From positions 1 through 26,435 of IMG/VR virus record IMGVR_UViG_3300012167_000093: a stretch of 26,435 nucleotides of DNA; one strand, given 5' to 3'. Numbering within the stretch: the first letter of the stretch is position 1; every line of letters begins with the position of its first letter. This DNA comes from a virus (Duplodnaviria > Caudoviricetes). This document shows, in pieces, positions 14,516-24,165 of this stretch. A model generated the notes under the pieces. It did no database searches. It saw only the letters and a program-made list of their open reading frames with translations, and had not been told where the DNA came from. The position numbers and the translations under genes are program-made.

Positions 14516-16860
14516 AGGAAATAGATGATGCAACTAAGTCTTTATTAAAGCAAATTGTGGACCACTTTGACGACGAAGACCGCGGGGTAAGAGACCGTCA
14601 AATCAGGACGTGGCGCCGAATGAAGCTGATGTGGGAGAATATTCAGCATGCCTACTACAGTGAGGTGGCACATGACTGGCGTATTCCGGACAGTGATAGG
14701 AATGATGAGTCGGATCAAGGATTCTACGACAAACCAGTCAACATCTATCGTGCTTACCTTGAGTCAATTATTGCTGCTCTGTCTGTTACTGTTCCTCCTA
14801 TTACTTGTTATCCCGACGATGCGGATAATCCTCTAGATATCACGACAGCTAAGGCAGGGGATAAGATTGCAGAACTCGTCTTTAAGCACAACAATGCGCC
14901 CCTGTTGTGGCTCCACGCATTATTTGTGTACTGCACAGAAGGAATGATTGCGTGTTACAGTTATCCGCACGAGGATGAGAAGTACGGCACGTATCAGACG
15001 AAGAAGTACGAGGAAGTGCCGGAAAATCATGAGTTGAGTATCTGTCCAATCTGTCAGCATGAGTTGGCAGACAAGACAATCACGGCAGTTCAGGAAGATA
15101 AGTTCGCACCGACTGATGAAGATGCACCGATTGACGCGGCGATAGATGAGGGTGCAGAAATGTGCCCGAATTGTGCGGGTCAAATCGTTCCAGATAAGGT
15201 ACAGCAGACAGTTACTGTGACTCGTCTAGTAGGTGTGACGAATCATCCGAAGTCGCGTATATGCATGGAAGTATTCGGCGGATTGTTCGTCAAAGTTCCG
15301 GTGTGGGCGCGCTCGCAAAAAGAATGCAATTACCTGATTTACAGTTATGAAACGCATTTCGCCAACGTCCTTGAGCAGTATCCAGATCTACGAGATAAAA
15401 TCGTCAAACAAGGATCATCGAACTACGACTTGTATGAACAGTGGGGACGAACGTCGCCTCAGTATCACGGTGAGCACCCAATAAACAACGTCACCGTAAG
15501 GAATTGTTGGCTTCGTCCTGCTGCTTATAACGTGCTAAATGCTGATGAAATGGAGGATCTGCGTAAGCAGTTTCCTGACGGTTGTAAAGTGGTGGTGGTC
15601 AATGATCAAGTTGCACATGCTTGTAACGAGAATCTTGATGACTTTTGGACTATTACTCATAATCCCCTCTCAGATTATCTTCACTTCGATCCGATTGGTT
15701 TACTTCTCACTTCGGTACAGGATATCACTAACGATCTCATTTCGCTCGTTTTACAGACAGTGGAGCATGGAATTCCGCAGACGTTTGCAGATCCAAAGGT
15801 ATTAAACTTCAATGCATACCGTAATTCGGAAGTTATCCCCGGTGGAATATATCCTGCTACTCCCAAGTCGGGCAAGCCGTTATCAGAAGGGTTCTATGAA
15901 GTTAAGACGGCAACTCTTTCACAAGAAGTTTTACCATTTGCCCAGAAGATTCAGGAAATCGGTCAAATGGTATCAGGAGCTTTACCGTCTCTTTTTGGTG
16001 GCCAGATGAGTGGTTCGCGTACCGCCTCAGAATACAGTATGAGTCGGTCGCAGGCATTACAGAGACTACAAACCACATGGAAAATGTTGACGATGTGGTG
16101 GAAAGATGTGTTCGGTAAGGTCATTCCGATGTATATTTCGGAAGTGAAGGATGATGAGAAGCAGGTAAAGAAGGACGAATTCGGCAACTTCGTTAATGTG
16201 TTTATTCGGCGCGCAGAATTGGAAGGTAAGATTGGAAACATTGAATTGGAAGCGAATGAAAACCTTCCAATCACTTGGAATCAGCAGAAGGATGCTATCA
16301 TGGAGTTGTTCCAGCTGAATAACGACATGGTTATGCAGACGTTGGGTTCACCTGAGAATCTGCCGTATCTCAAGCGCGCAATTGGACTGACGGACTATGT
16401 AATTCCAGGTGAAGATGATAGGCAGAAACAATACGAGGAAATTCAACTGCTAGTGAATAGTGAGCCGATTATGATGCCGCCTGATCCCATGATGGTTGAG
16501 CAGGCGATGATGATGGGTCAAGATCCATCCATGATTCCTCCGATTGAATTGCCAAGTATTCATGCAGATATGGATGTGGATAATCACATACTTGAAGCCG
16601 ATATTTGTCGTCGTTGGCTCGTAAGTGATGCAGGTAGATTGGCGAAACTAGAGAATCCAGCGGGATATAAGAATGTGTTGCTGCATATGAAGATGCATAA
16701 AGACATGGATATGCAAATGCAGATGATGATGCAACAACAGATGGCCCCTCCACCGCCGGCCGGAAAAGAAAAAGAGGGAACGGCCCAACAACCAACAGAA
16801 GGTCCGCCACCACAGAGTAGCGGAGGAGTAAATCCAAATGCACAGCCCACTATTCAATAG
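14512..16860 (+). CDS. portal protein (large, podovirus/P22-like)
   Basis: 782 aa lying between terL and scaffold/MCP; PVNIYRAYLESIIAAL, VQDITNDLISL and GSRTASEY motifs are typical of these portals; GGAGGT SD. Confidence 0.85.
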   Translation: MKEIDDATKSLLKQIVDHFDDEDRGVRDRQIRTWRRMKLMWENIQHAYYSEVAHDWRIPDSDRNDESDQGFYDKPVNIYRAYLESIIAALSVTVPPITCYPDDADNPLDITTAKAGDKIAELVFKHNNAPLLWLHALFVYCTEGMIACYSYPHEDEKYGTYQTKKYEEVPENHELSICPICQHELADKTITAVQEDKFAPTDEDAPIDAAIDEGAEMCPNCAGQIVPDKVQQTVTVTRLVGVTNHPKSRICMEVFGGLFVKVPVWARSQKECNYLIYSYETHFANVLEQYPDLRDKIVKQGSSNYDLYEQWGRTSPQYHGEHPINNVTVRNCWLRPAAYNVLNADEMEDLRKQFPDGCKVVVVNDQVAHACNENLDDFWTITHNPLSDYLHFDPIGLLLTSVQDITNDLISLVLQTVEHGIPQTFADPKVLNFNAYRNSEVIPGGIYPATPKSGKPLSEGFYEVKTATLSQEVLPFAQKIQEIGQMVSGALPSLFGGQMSGSRTASEYSMSRSQALQRLQTTWKMLTMWWKDVFGKVIPMYISEVKDDEKQVKKDEFGNFVNVFIRRAELEGKIGNIELEANENLPITWNQQKDAIMELFQLNNDMVMQTLGSPENLPYLKRAIGLTDYVIPGEDDRQKQYEEIQLLVNSEPIMMPPDPMMVEQAMMMGQDPSMIPPIELPSIHADMDVDNHILEADICRRWLVSDAGRLAKLENPAGYKNVLLHMKMHKDMDMQMQMMMQQQMAPPPPAGKEKEGTAQQPTEGPPPQSSGGVNPNAQPTIQ

Positions 16861-18118
16861 ATTCTATGCACCTCCTGATACGGGTGGGGGCGATGAAAAA
16901 GAATCGGATACTTTCGAGCTGCTAAATGTCGAAGATGAGCCTGAAGTACTTGATATTGGCGGAGAAAAGAAATCAGATGAAGATCAGCCTGCGGAAACTG
17001 AGGAGGAAGATAAAGAACCAGAAGATGGGAAAGAGGAAGAAATAGATGAACTGAAGGAAATTGAAGAAGAACTAGAGGGACCGAAAGAAGAAGATTTAGA
17101 ATTGATGACGCCGGTAAGACGGCGTGAGATTCTATCGAAGTATCCTAAACTGTTCAAAGATTTCCCCTACTTAGAGAAAGCATACTACAGGGAACAACAG
17201 TTCACGGAAGTATTTCCAACTATTCAGGATGCGCGCACGTCGGCAGAGAAGGCGCGTATTCTGGACAATTTAGACCAGCAGGTAATGAATGGAAATATTT
17301 CGTCGGTACTACAGGCTGCGAAAACTGAGAATCAAGAAGCATTTCTGAAGATTGCAGACAATTATTTGCCTGCACTTAGGCAGGTAGACCAGCAGGCGTA
17401 TTATCACGTATTAGGCAACGTCATAAAAGATACCATCGTAACGATGGTTCGTGAGGGGCGCGCATTAGGAGATCAGGGCGCACCATTACAGGCAGCGGCG
17501 AACATTCTGAATCAGTTCGTATTTGGTTCACAGAATTTTAGTCCGCCGACTACATTATCGCGGCAGACAGATCCGAGAGAGCAGAGCAGGGAACAGCAGT
17601 ATCAGCAGCAGGAACAGCAGCGAGCTTATCAGGCATTTGAATCAGTAAGAGAGGAATTACAGACGAAGGCTGATAATGTGTTGACTGCTACGATTGACGG
17701 TAACATTGATCCGCGTGGTTCCATGACTGACTATGTGAAGCAACATGCAGTCAAGGAAGCACACGAAAAGTTAGAAGATCTGTTATCGAAGGACAAACAG
17801 TTCCGCGGCTTGTTGGATAGGCTGTGGGAACGTGCGCACGAGAGAGGTTACGATAAAGACTCTCAAGATAAGATTAAGAGCGCGTATCTAAGCAAAGCGA
17901 AGACACTGTTGCCTACAGTGATAAAAAAGGCCAGAAATGACGCTTTGAAAGGCTTAGGTAGGCGCGTAGATTCGGATGATGTGAACGAAGAAGAAAGATC
18001 GGTTCGCAAGAACCCAATTACACCCGGCAGATCCACAGCCCCCTCTAGTGGAAAATATCGTAAGGCATCAGATATCCCGCGCGGGATGAGTACATTAGAT
18101 GTCCTCATGAAGGACTAA
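16838..18118 (+). CDS. capsid scaffolding protein
   Basis: Highly acidic N-terminus, helical Q/E-rich body, basic C-terminal tail; sits between portal and MCP. Confidence 0.75.
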   Translation: MHSPLFNRFYAPPDTGGGDEKESDTFELLNVEDEPEVLDIGGEKKSDEDQPAETEEEDKEPEDGKEEEIDELKEIEEELEGPKEEDLELMTPVRRREILSKYPKLFKDFPYLEKAYYREQQFTEVFPTIQDARTSAEKARILDNLDQQVMNGNISSVLQAAKTENQEAFLKIADNYLPALRQVDQQAYYHVLGNVIKDTIVTMVREGRALGDQGAPLQAAANILNQFVFGSQNFSPPTTLSRQTDPREQSREQQYQQQEQQRAYQAFESVREELQTKADNVLTATIDGNIDPRGSMTDYVKQHAVKEAHEKLEDLLSKDKQFRGLLDRLWERAHERGYDKDSQDKIKSAYLSKAKTLLPTVIKKARNDALKGLGRRVDSDDVNEEERSVRKNPITPGRSTAPSSGKYRKASDIPRGMSTLDVLMKD

Positions 18119-18128
18119 GAGGGGTAAC

Positions 18129-19379
18129 ATGGCTGTTGTAGAATCTCAAGTCGCGGCACTTGAGTTGGAGAAAGTAATTCCAAAAGTCCGCGTACTGTTT
18201 GAGCGTGATGACAAGTTCTACGCGAACATCAAGAAGCGGGATGTGGAGAAAATCTCACACCGCCAAATGCGTGTTCCGTTGGAACTGAGGCCAGGTGGTT
18301 CATTCCAGTATTTCAACCCTGATGGTGGAGATCTGGGACGTGGTGGTGGGCCTACGTTCGACAAGGCTGTACTCAATTGTGTCTTTTTGTCAGAGAACAT
18401 TGAATACACCAAGTTGACACAGTGGGCAACTGATGATGCGCGCAAAGCCATCGTCAACTCGGTGCGTAGACTGACGGCAACTGCACTCGACGAAATGAGA
18501 CGGCAGCTGGACAGTCAGATGATGCAGACGGGTGATGGTGTGGTTGGTGTAGTCACTACTGATACGCCGGCTGGTGGGTCGAACGTAATCACTCTGACCA
18601 CGGATGGTTTTGGTGCGCGTTTGGTCCGCTATGGGCAGACGGTTCAGGTGTGGGATGCTGCGTTGGCTATCAAACGTGGTGAAGGTGTCATCACGTTGTG
18701 GGATGTTGAGAACAAAGTCATCAATATCACTCCACAGATTGCTGCTGTGGCACCGACTGACAAGTTGGTGACTGCTGGCTTGTCTGCTCCTGCATCTCTA
18801 CCGGCTCTTTTTGGAGTTCCATACCATCATTCCAACGCAAGTGCTGGAACATGGCTCGGATTCTCACGTAGTACTACACCTGAGATCCGCGCTAACCGTG
18901 TGAATGCGGGTAATGCTGCATTGACGCTTCCTTTGCCACGTCTTGCGGTGAACAAGATTGGCAACAGGGTGGGAATTGACAACAATTTCAATCCTGTGGC
19001 GTGGTTGCATCCGTGTCAGATGCAGGCATACGAGGAAATCGGTCAGTTGGTTTCCATCATTCAGAAAACAGCCAAGGAAGAAGGGCTGAATATGTATTTT
19101 GGGAACAACATGCAGCTGGCTGGTGCGGGAGTCAAACCCTCATTCAACTGGGATAAGACGCGCATCGACTTCGTTGTCGATGAAGTGTGGGGCCGTGGTG
19201 AAATTCTTCCCATTGGCTTCTATACAACTGATGGCCGTAAGATCTTCGAGATCCGCGGAGCATCAGGTGGCGTAGCTGCCGCGGAAATCTTCTACATGGT
19301 GGTTGGAATGCAGACTTTTGTATCCAATCCCGCAGCGTGCAGCTACATTGATGCGTTGGCCGTTCCGGTTGGATACTAG
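18129..19379 (+). CDS. major capsid protein
   Basis: 416 aa after the scaffold; GAGGGG SD; HK97-like layout (backbone helix AIVNSVRRLTATALDEMRRQLDSQMMQTGDG, terminal VSNPAACSYI). Confidence 0.88.
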   Translation: MAVVESQVAALELEKVIPKVRVLFERDDKFYANIKKRDVEKISHRQMRVPLELRPGGSFQYFNPDGGDLGRGGGPTFDKAVLNCVFLSENIEYTKLTQWATDDARKAIVNSVRRLTATALDEMRRQLDSQMMQTGDGVVGVVTTDTPAGGSNVITLTTDGFGARLVRYGQTVQVWDAALAIKRGEGVITLWDVENKVINITPQIAAVAPTDKLVTAGLSAPASLPALFGVPYHHSNASAGTWLGFSRSTTPEIRANRVNAGNAALTLPLPRLAVNKIGNRVGIDNNFNPVAWLHPCQMQAYEEIGQLVSIIQKTAKEEGLNMYFGNNMQLAGAGVKPSFNWDKTRIDFVVDEVWGRGEILPIGFYTTDGRKIFEIRGASGGVAAAEIFYMVVGMQTFVSNPAACSYIDALAVPVGY

Positions 19380-19387
19380 GAGGAACT

Positions 19388-19681
19388 GTGGCACCTGAAT
19401 CTGATTGGGGACGGTATTTGCCGTGGGGTGGTCCTACGTCAACTGTAGCATCTGCTGCTACTGTTGCACCCGGACCTGGTTTGACAGTACTCACAGGTAA
19501 CGTGGCAATTGCTACGATTACGCCGCCTGTGCCGGGTCCACATTGTATTGGACTCGTGTTTGCTGGAACTGCTGGTGTGTTGGCAACTGGTAACATCGGT
19601 GCAGCCAAAGCATCAGTAGTCGGTGAATGCATGTTGTTGGTGTTCAACACAATCACCAACAAGTACGTTGCGGTTGGTTAG
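19388..19681 (+). CDS. small beta-rich virion protein (decoration/cement-like), paralog A
   Basis: GTG start with GGAGG SD; STVASAA...LTG..AI.TI.P...TGNI...LLVF...KY. Confidence 0.75.
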   Translation: MAPESDWGRYLPWGGPTSTVASAATVAPGPGLTVLTGNVAIATITPPVPGPHCIGLVFAGTAGVLATGNIGAAKASVVGECMLLVFNTITNKYVAVG

Positions 19682-19688
19682 TTCTACG

Positions 19689-19743
19689 GTGGATGCTAGT
19701 AGCCGGGAAACATGTCGCCCCGACATGGGGTACTAGCATCCAC
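19689..19743 (+). other. intergenic stem-loop with internal loop
   Basis: GTGGATGCTAGTA (19689-19701) / TACTAGCATCCAC (19731-19743) enclosing CATGTCG-ccc-CGACATG (19711-19727). Confidence 0.8.
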
Positions 19744-19773
19744 TTCGCGTCATCTCATGGTGGAGGAGGAGAG

Positions 19774-20070
19774 ATGATTCCAGGTTTAACGTCGAAGATG
19801 TCGGAAAGTACTGTAGCATCAGCAGCACAGATTGATGCGAAAACTGACATTGTGTTGGTTACTGGTACTACCGCAGTCAATACCATCAGACCTTACTTCG
19901 GTGGTGGTCAGTTCAGCGGTTTACTTGTGCTCATTCCAACCAATGCTGCTGGTGTAACACTTGGCACATCTGGTAATATTCTGGTCGGTGTAGCAGCTGC
20001 TCAGAATCGTGCTGTGTTTCTTGTGTACGTGAAGTCACTCGCTAAGTGGGTGATCAACTCCGGAGTGTAA
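19774..20070 (+). CDS. small beta-rich virion protein (decoration/cement-like), paralog B
   Basis: Start moved to ATG 19774 (GGAGGAGG SD); STVASAA...VTG..AV.TI.P...SGNI...FLVY...KW. Confidence 0.8.
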   Translation: MIPGLTSKMSESTVASAAQIDAKTDIVLVTGTTAVNTIRPYFGGGQFSGLLVLIPTNAAGVTLGTSGNILVGVAAAQNRAVFLVYVKSLAKWVINSGV

Positions 20071-20071
20071 T

Positions 20072-20614
20072 GTGGAATCAATTGAGACTCTGAATCAGCG
20101 GCTCATAGATGAATTTGGTATTGACTCTACTTCGGGTCAACCCATGTTTAGAATATCGTGGGCCAATGATGAGACAGAGATGAGATTGATGGATCGGACG
20201 GACAATGGGGTAGATTTACTCTATCCTGTTGTCCGTGAAGTTAAGAAATATCCATATTTGAAGGATTTGTATGTGCTTGAACGGTTAGTGGCGATTCCTG
20301 AGGTAAATTTGAAGGAATTACCGGCAAGTAAGTTGAGTTATGAGCCGATTTGGGCGTATCGTGATGGTGACAATAATCCACTACCTCCAATTTGGCCTGC
20401 GACGAAGTTCATTGTAGACACATTACTCGCAGCACTTGGAAAAAAGAGTCTGCGAAAGTACATAGACTCAGAGAAAAACACTACACCTGAGGGACGAGAT
20501 CAGCGAATTAGTGAACTACAAGAGGAATTATTTGGCGACGAAACTGAAACAGGGGATGCGATGAGATATGGCGAAGCAATTGTCGTCCCGCAGTCTTACA
20601 AAAAGGAAAATTAG
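20072..20614 (+). CDS. hypothetical protein
   Basis: 180-aa ORF, GTG start with GGAG SD, tightly packed in the operon. Confidence 0.8.
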   Translation: MESIETLNQRLIDEFGIDSTSGQPMFRISWANDETEMRLMDRTDNGVDLLYPVVREVKKYPYLKDLYVLERLVAIPEVNLKELPASKLSYEPIWAYRDGDNNPLPPIWPATKFIVDTLLAALGKKSLRKYIDSEKNTTPEGRDQRISELQEELFGDETETGDAMRYGEAIVVPQSYKKEN

Positions 20615-20615
20615 T

Positions 20616-20828
20616 ATGCTTGTAGGAGACTTGACCACTTTCAAGAGCTACAGGAAGAAGAATAATCTGTTGGCGCGTCAAATTGAGGAGAAATTCATCG
20701 TCAAGAACGTAGCTCCGAAGAAAACTGTAGTAGGTGAAGCGGGGGATTACCTGTTTATTAATGATGAGGGTGATCCTGATGTGATGCCGAAAGAGGAATT
20801 TGAAGCTACATACGTAGAGGTGGAATAA
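20616..20828 (+). CDS. small PGDYG-like phage protein
   Basis: Start at ATG 20616 (AAGGA SD); YRKK...ARQ...GEAGDYL...G.....KEEFEATY. Confidence 0.7.
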   Translation: MLVGDLTTFKSYRKKNNLLARQIEEKFIVKNVAPKKTVVGEAGDYLFINDEGDPDVMPKEEFEATYVEVE

Positions 20829-21526
20829 TGTCAGTACAAGTAGGTGAATTTCCTGGATTCGCGCCCACTAATAGGCGTACTATACGCGCGCCCATCAATC
20901 CAATGGACAAGTCTACAGTAGCATCGATCCTACCGAAGCGGATTGTGGAGAGAAAAGCTACATGTCAGCCCGGAACATTTGAATTGAATCCTGGGACATT
21001 TGAAAATCCCAGTGTATTGGTGGTAGGACCGTCAAGTTGGTGGAGGGAAGTAGATGAAAATCAACCACTACTTGAAATACCAGTATCTTCGATACAGATT
21101 GCTGATTCAATTGTTCGTGACTATGCTAACGGGTTATTGGCATGTAACATGGCGGATCAAATGCCAGGATTATTTTACATTCCTGGTGAATTCACGGTTG
21201 AAAAACTTAAGAAAGAGCACACCGCACTCCTATTGAGCGCGCAGGCGAAGCAAAAGAAGTGGTTTCTTGAATTGGTGCGTATTGCAGACATTCTGTGGTC
21301 GCGGAGTAACGGAAATCCTTTAAGTATCTCAGATGATGCGCGCTTAGCTTGTCGAGAACTCAACATTACGAATAAACCGTGGTTGGGTGATGCTCAACAG
21401 GCTGAACTAGTGCGGTGTATTGCGTGTGGATCATTGAGAAACGCGCATTTCCCCATCTGTCAGACATGCAAGGCAATTGCGGACCCAGAACTAGCTAAGA
21501 AACTCGGATTGACATTCGCTACATAG
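20828..21526 (+). CDS. hypothetical protein with C-terminal Zn ribbon
   Basis: CIACG...CQTC; TAATG coupling. Confidence 0.8.
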   Translation: MSVQVGEFPGFAPTNRRTIRAPINPMDKSTVASILPKRIVERKATCQPGTFELNPGTFENPSVLVVGPSSWWREVDENQPLLEIPVSSIQIADSIVRDYANGLLACNMADQMPGLFYIPGEFTVEKLKKEHTALLLSAQAKQKKWFLELVRIADILWSRSNGNPLSISDDARLACRELNITNKPWLGDAQQAELVRCIACGSLRNAHFPICQTCKAIADPELAKKLGLTFAT

Positions 21527-21534
21527 GAGAGGTT

Positions 21535-21759
21535 ATGCCAAATCAAGTGACGGTGACAGCTAAGACGGGACCAGACAGAACGAATACGGCGCTAGTGGTA
21601 CCGCTAGTGTTGGGAGTAGACTTTCAGCTGGACAGCAAGAGGCTGTTCATTCAGACTGAAAATGCAGCCGGTGACAACATCAAGGAATACGATCTGACTG
21701 GTGTGACCACTGTGACCTGTACGATTACAACGGGTAATTGGGCATTTGTAATCTCGTAG
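21535..21759 (+). CDS. small beta-rich hypothetical protein
   Basis: 74 aa; GGAGAGG SD. Confidence 0.75.
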   Translation: MPNQVTVTAKTGPDRTNTALVVPLVLGVDFQLDSKRLFIQTENAAGDNIKEYDLTGVTTVTCTITTGNWAFVIS

Positions 21760-21768
21760 GAGTGAGCC

Positions 21769-22548
21769 ATGAGTACTTCAGCAGTATCGGCAGGTCAGAT
21801 AATGGATCGTGTAGCGAATCTACTAAACGATCCTAATAAAACTGATTATACTTATGCTGTGCAGCTGCCGTATCTCAATATGGCGATTGAACAGTTTTCT
21901 GACTTGATGGCAGAGGCTAATGCACCTCTCACTAATTTAGTTTCATTTCATTTTTCACTTTCACCTATTGTGATTAAAGCAGGACTTAACTACATTGTTA
22001 ATCCTGAATTTATAACTCCTCCAGGTGGTACTCCAGATGCAGATATTCCACGTTTACCACCTGAATTAATTGAAATTCAGGAAGTGATGGAGAGGCCATA
22101 CACTGGTTGGGTGGTTGATCCTACTAAATTGCAGGCTGAAAGTGCTGATTTAGGAACGTATCGCAGATTACCAAGGAAAGAATTCACAGAAGTACTTCCT
22201 AAAACTAATTCTCTCCAATATTGGGTGTGGGAAAATGGTACTATCAGAACTAATCCTGCAACTATTGATATGGAAGTAATAATCAAATATGTCTATCAAG
22301 GAGTTGCCTATGCGGCAGGTCCAGATACTTTAATTGTTATGGTTGGTGCTAGAACCTATCTTGCTTATAAAACGGCAGCATTGTGCGCGATGTTCATTGG
22401 TGAAAATGAAACTCGTGCGGCTGTATTAGAAGTTCAAGCGGAGAAAGCTGTGGATACGGCTATTGCAATTGGTAATAAGGGTCGTCAACAGATTGTAACC
22501 CGACATAGACCATTCCGTGCTGCATGGAAAATGCGGGGAGGTTTTTAA
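21769..22548 (+). CDS. head-to-tail adaptor protein
   Basis: AGQIMDRVANLLND...YLNMA N-terminal helices and YLAYKTAA C-terminal helices; precedes the nozzle gene. Confidence 0.7.
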   Translation: MSTSAVSAGQIMDRVANLLNDPNKTDYTYAVQLPYLNMAIEQFSDLMAEANAPLTNLVSFHFSLSPIVIKAGLNYIVNPEFITPPGGTPDADIPRLPPELIEIQEVMERPYTGWVVDPTKLQAESADLGTYRRLPRKEFTEVLPKTNSLQYWVWENGTIRTNPATIDMEVIIKYVYQGVAYAAGPDTLIVMVGARTYLAYKTAALCAMFIGENETRAAVLEVQAEKAVDTAIAIGNKGRQQIVTRHRPFRAAWKMRGGF

Positions 22549-22551
22549 GTC

Positions 22552-24165
22552 ATGTCGCCGACTACTAGGGATCACGAACCACTAGTAATTGAAGATTTTG
22601 ATGGGTGGTGGCAGAAGGGTGATCCTGAATCTGCACCGAGTAATCATTTCACTCAGGCTGATAACATTCAATACTTTCAGTCTGGATTTGAAACTCGGTA
22701 TGGAATAGTTCCTTATGTATCTCCACCTCCTGCACTGAAACCAAGGAGGATTTACAACTACACTACACAGCAGGGTGATACTCTCCTCGTATTACATGAG
22801 GGTGGTAAAATCTATCACGTTAAGGGGAATAAGACTGTAGTTGGTCCAATTCTCGATATTCCTGCGATGGAGGATTTCGGATTCGTCGCAATTAATGGGC
22901 GCGCATATATCACTCCATTCAAGACATACACTGATCAGGCTGGTGAGAAGTATCAACTAGGGATTCAGAACGAATATCTCTACGTGTACAAAGGTGATGG
23001 GACTCCTGCTAGGAAGGCTGCTGGTAGTCCTCCTACCGGCGGTCCCCTAGTCGCTGCATTAGGAGCAGCTACATCGGGGAATAAGACTGATGCCGGATTG
23101 CATGTAATTGGTGTGGTGTATGAGACTGATACAGGTTATTTCACAGCGATTGGACCACAAGTAAGGGCTGAATTAGTATTCACTGGTGCGCATGAAATCG
23201 TGGTGTCCAACATTCCAGTTTCGCCTAATGCATGGGTAAAGAAAAGACACCTAGTATCAACCAAGTGGATTCCAGAGTACAATGGCGACCAGAATGGCTA
23301 TCAATATTGGTTCATTCCCGGTGGTAACATTGATGACAATACGACTACGACGAAAACTATCACCTATTTTGATGCTGATTTGCTATCGGATGCATCGCAT
23401 TTGGCTGATAACTTTGCGGAAATTCCTTCAGGGGTATATCTGAACACGTATCACTCACGTCTAGTAATAGTCGGAGAATACGGTACAACAGAGACATTGA
23501 CGGGATTACCTGCTGGAGTGACTGATAACAGATCGATAGCAAGATTGTCAGTAGCAGGTGAACCAGAAGCAATAAATAAGGTAGATGGAATCATCGTGGT
23601 TCCACTAGATGGTCATCCACTTACGGCTGTCCAAGAGTTTAGAGATATCATGTACATCTTCAAGAAAACTAGGACATATGGCTACTCGGATAACTACGAT
23701 GAACCTGTAACGTGGCAGGAAGAAGTGTTAGACCAAGGTATCGGCTCACCTGTTCATGGAATTGCGACGGTGTTGGATACAGGTGGTGTGAATATCGATT
23801 TTCTAGTTATTGTGGATTGGTCAGGTCTGATGCTGTTCAATGGTGTATATGCACAACCTGAGATGTCGTGGAAGATTGAGGACTTTTGGAAAGGACTCGA
23901 CCGAAATGAATTCCATACAGTACAGATTGTCAATGATTCAATTAATAAGAGGATTTGGATCACATTACCATTTCCACATGTGAATAAGTTACTTTATGCT
24001 GACTATTCAGATGGAATGAATGCGAAGGATATTAAATGGGCTAGATGGATATATGATTGTATTGTATATACTGTTGCACTAATCGATACTGATAAATTGG
24101 TTCTAGGATCTGCTGGTCCTAAACCATCACTAGGAACACCGGCGGAGGTCTTAGATGTCACTTAG
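22552..24165 (+). CDS. tail nozzle (P22 gp10/T7 gp12-like beta-propeller), N-terminal main part
   Basis: IEDFDG...ADNI.Y...TRYG start, YHSRLVIVG, MYIFKKTRTY and IGSP..IA propeller-like segments; follows the adaptor. Confidence 0.7.
   Translation: MSPTTRDHEPLVIEDFDGWWQKGDPESAPSNHFTQADNIQYFQSGFETRYGIVPYVSPPPALKPRRIYNYTTQQGDTLLVLHEGGKIYHVKGNKTVVGPILDIPAMEDFGFVAINGRAYITPFKTYTDQAGEKYQLGIQNEYLYVYKGDGTPARKAAGSPPTGGPLVAALGAATSGNKTDAGLHVIGVVYETDTGYFTAIGPQVRAELVFTGAHEIVVSNIPVSPNAWVKKRHLVSTKWIPEYNGDQNGYQYWFIPGGNIDDNTTTTKTITYFDADLLSDASHLADNFAEIPSGVYLNTYHSRLVIVGEYGTTETLTGLPAGVTDNRSIARLSVAGEPEAINKVDGIIVVPLDGHPLTAVQEFRDIMYIFKKTRTYGYSDNYDEPVTWQEEVLDQGIGSPVHGIATVLDTGGVNIDFLVIVDWSGLMLFNGVYAQPEMSWKIEDFWKGLDRNEFHTVQIVNDSINKRIWITLPFPHVNKLLYADYSDGMNAKDIKWARWIYDCIVYTVALIDTDKLVLGSAGPKPSLGTPAEVLDVT

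Noticed and set aside
16838-16900. Scaffold N-terminus (LFNRFYAPP) as a Prp-protease cleavage motif
   Set aside because: Only loosely similar to the LQFFA-type motif, and there is no evidence the host has Prp
19370-19400. Readthrough or frameshift extension of the major capsid protein
   Set aside because: The next gene is in a different frame, has its own GGAGG SD, and no slippery heptamer is visible
19627-19773. Track start at 19627 for the 147-aa ORF
   Set aside because: The extension overlaps the upstream gene and the hairpin; ATG 19774 has a strong SD and matches the paralog's length
20568-20828. Track start at 20568, and a Tad2-like anti-defence call for this protein
   Set aside because: ATG 20616 fits the SD and gene packing better; the sequence lacks the Tad2/DUF2829 R.GWNGK and W..SQ.D.LA.DW motifs
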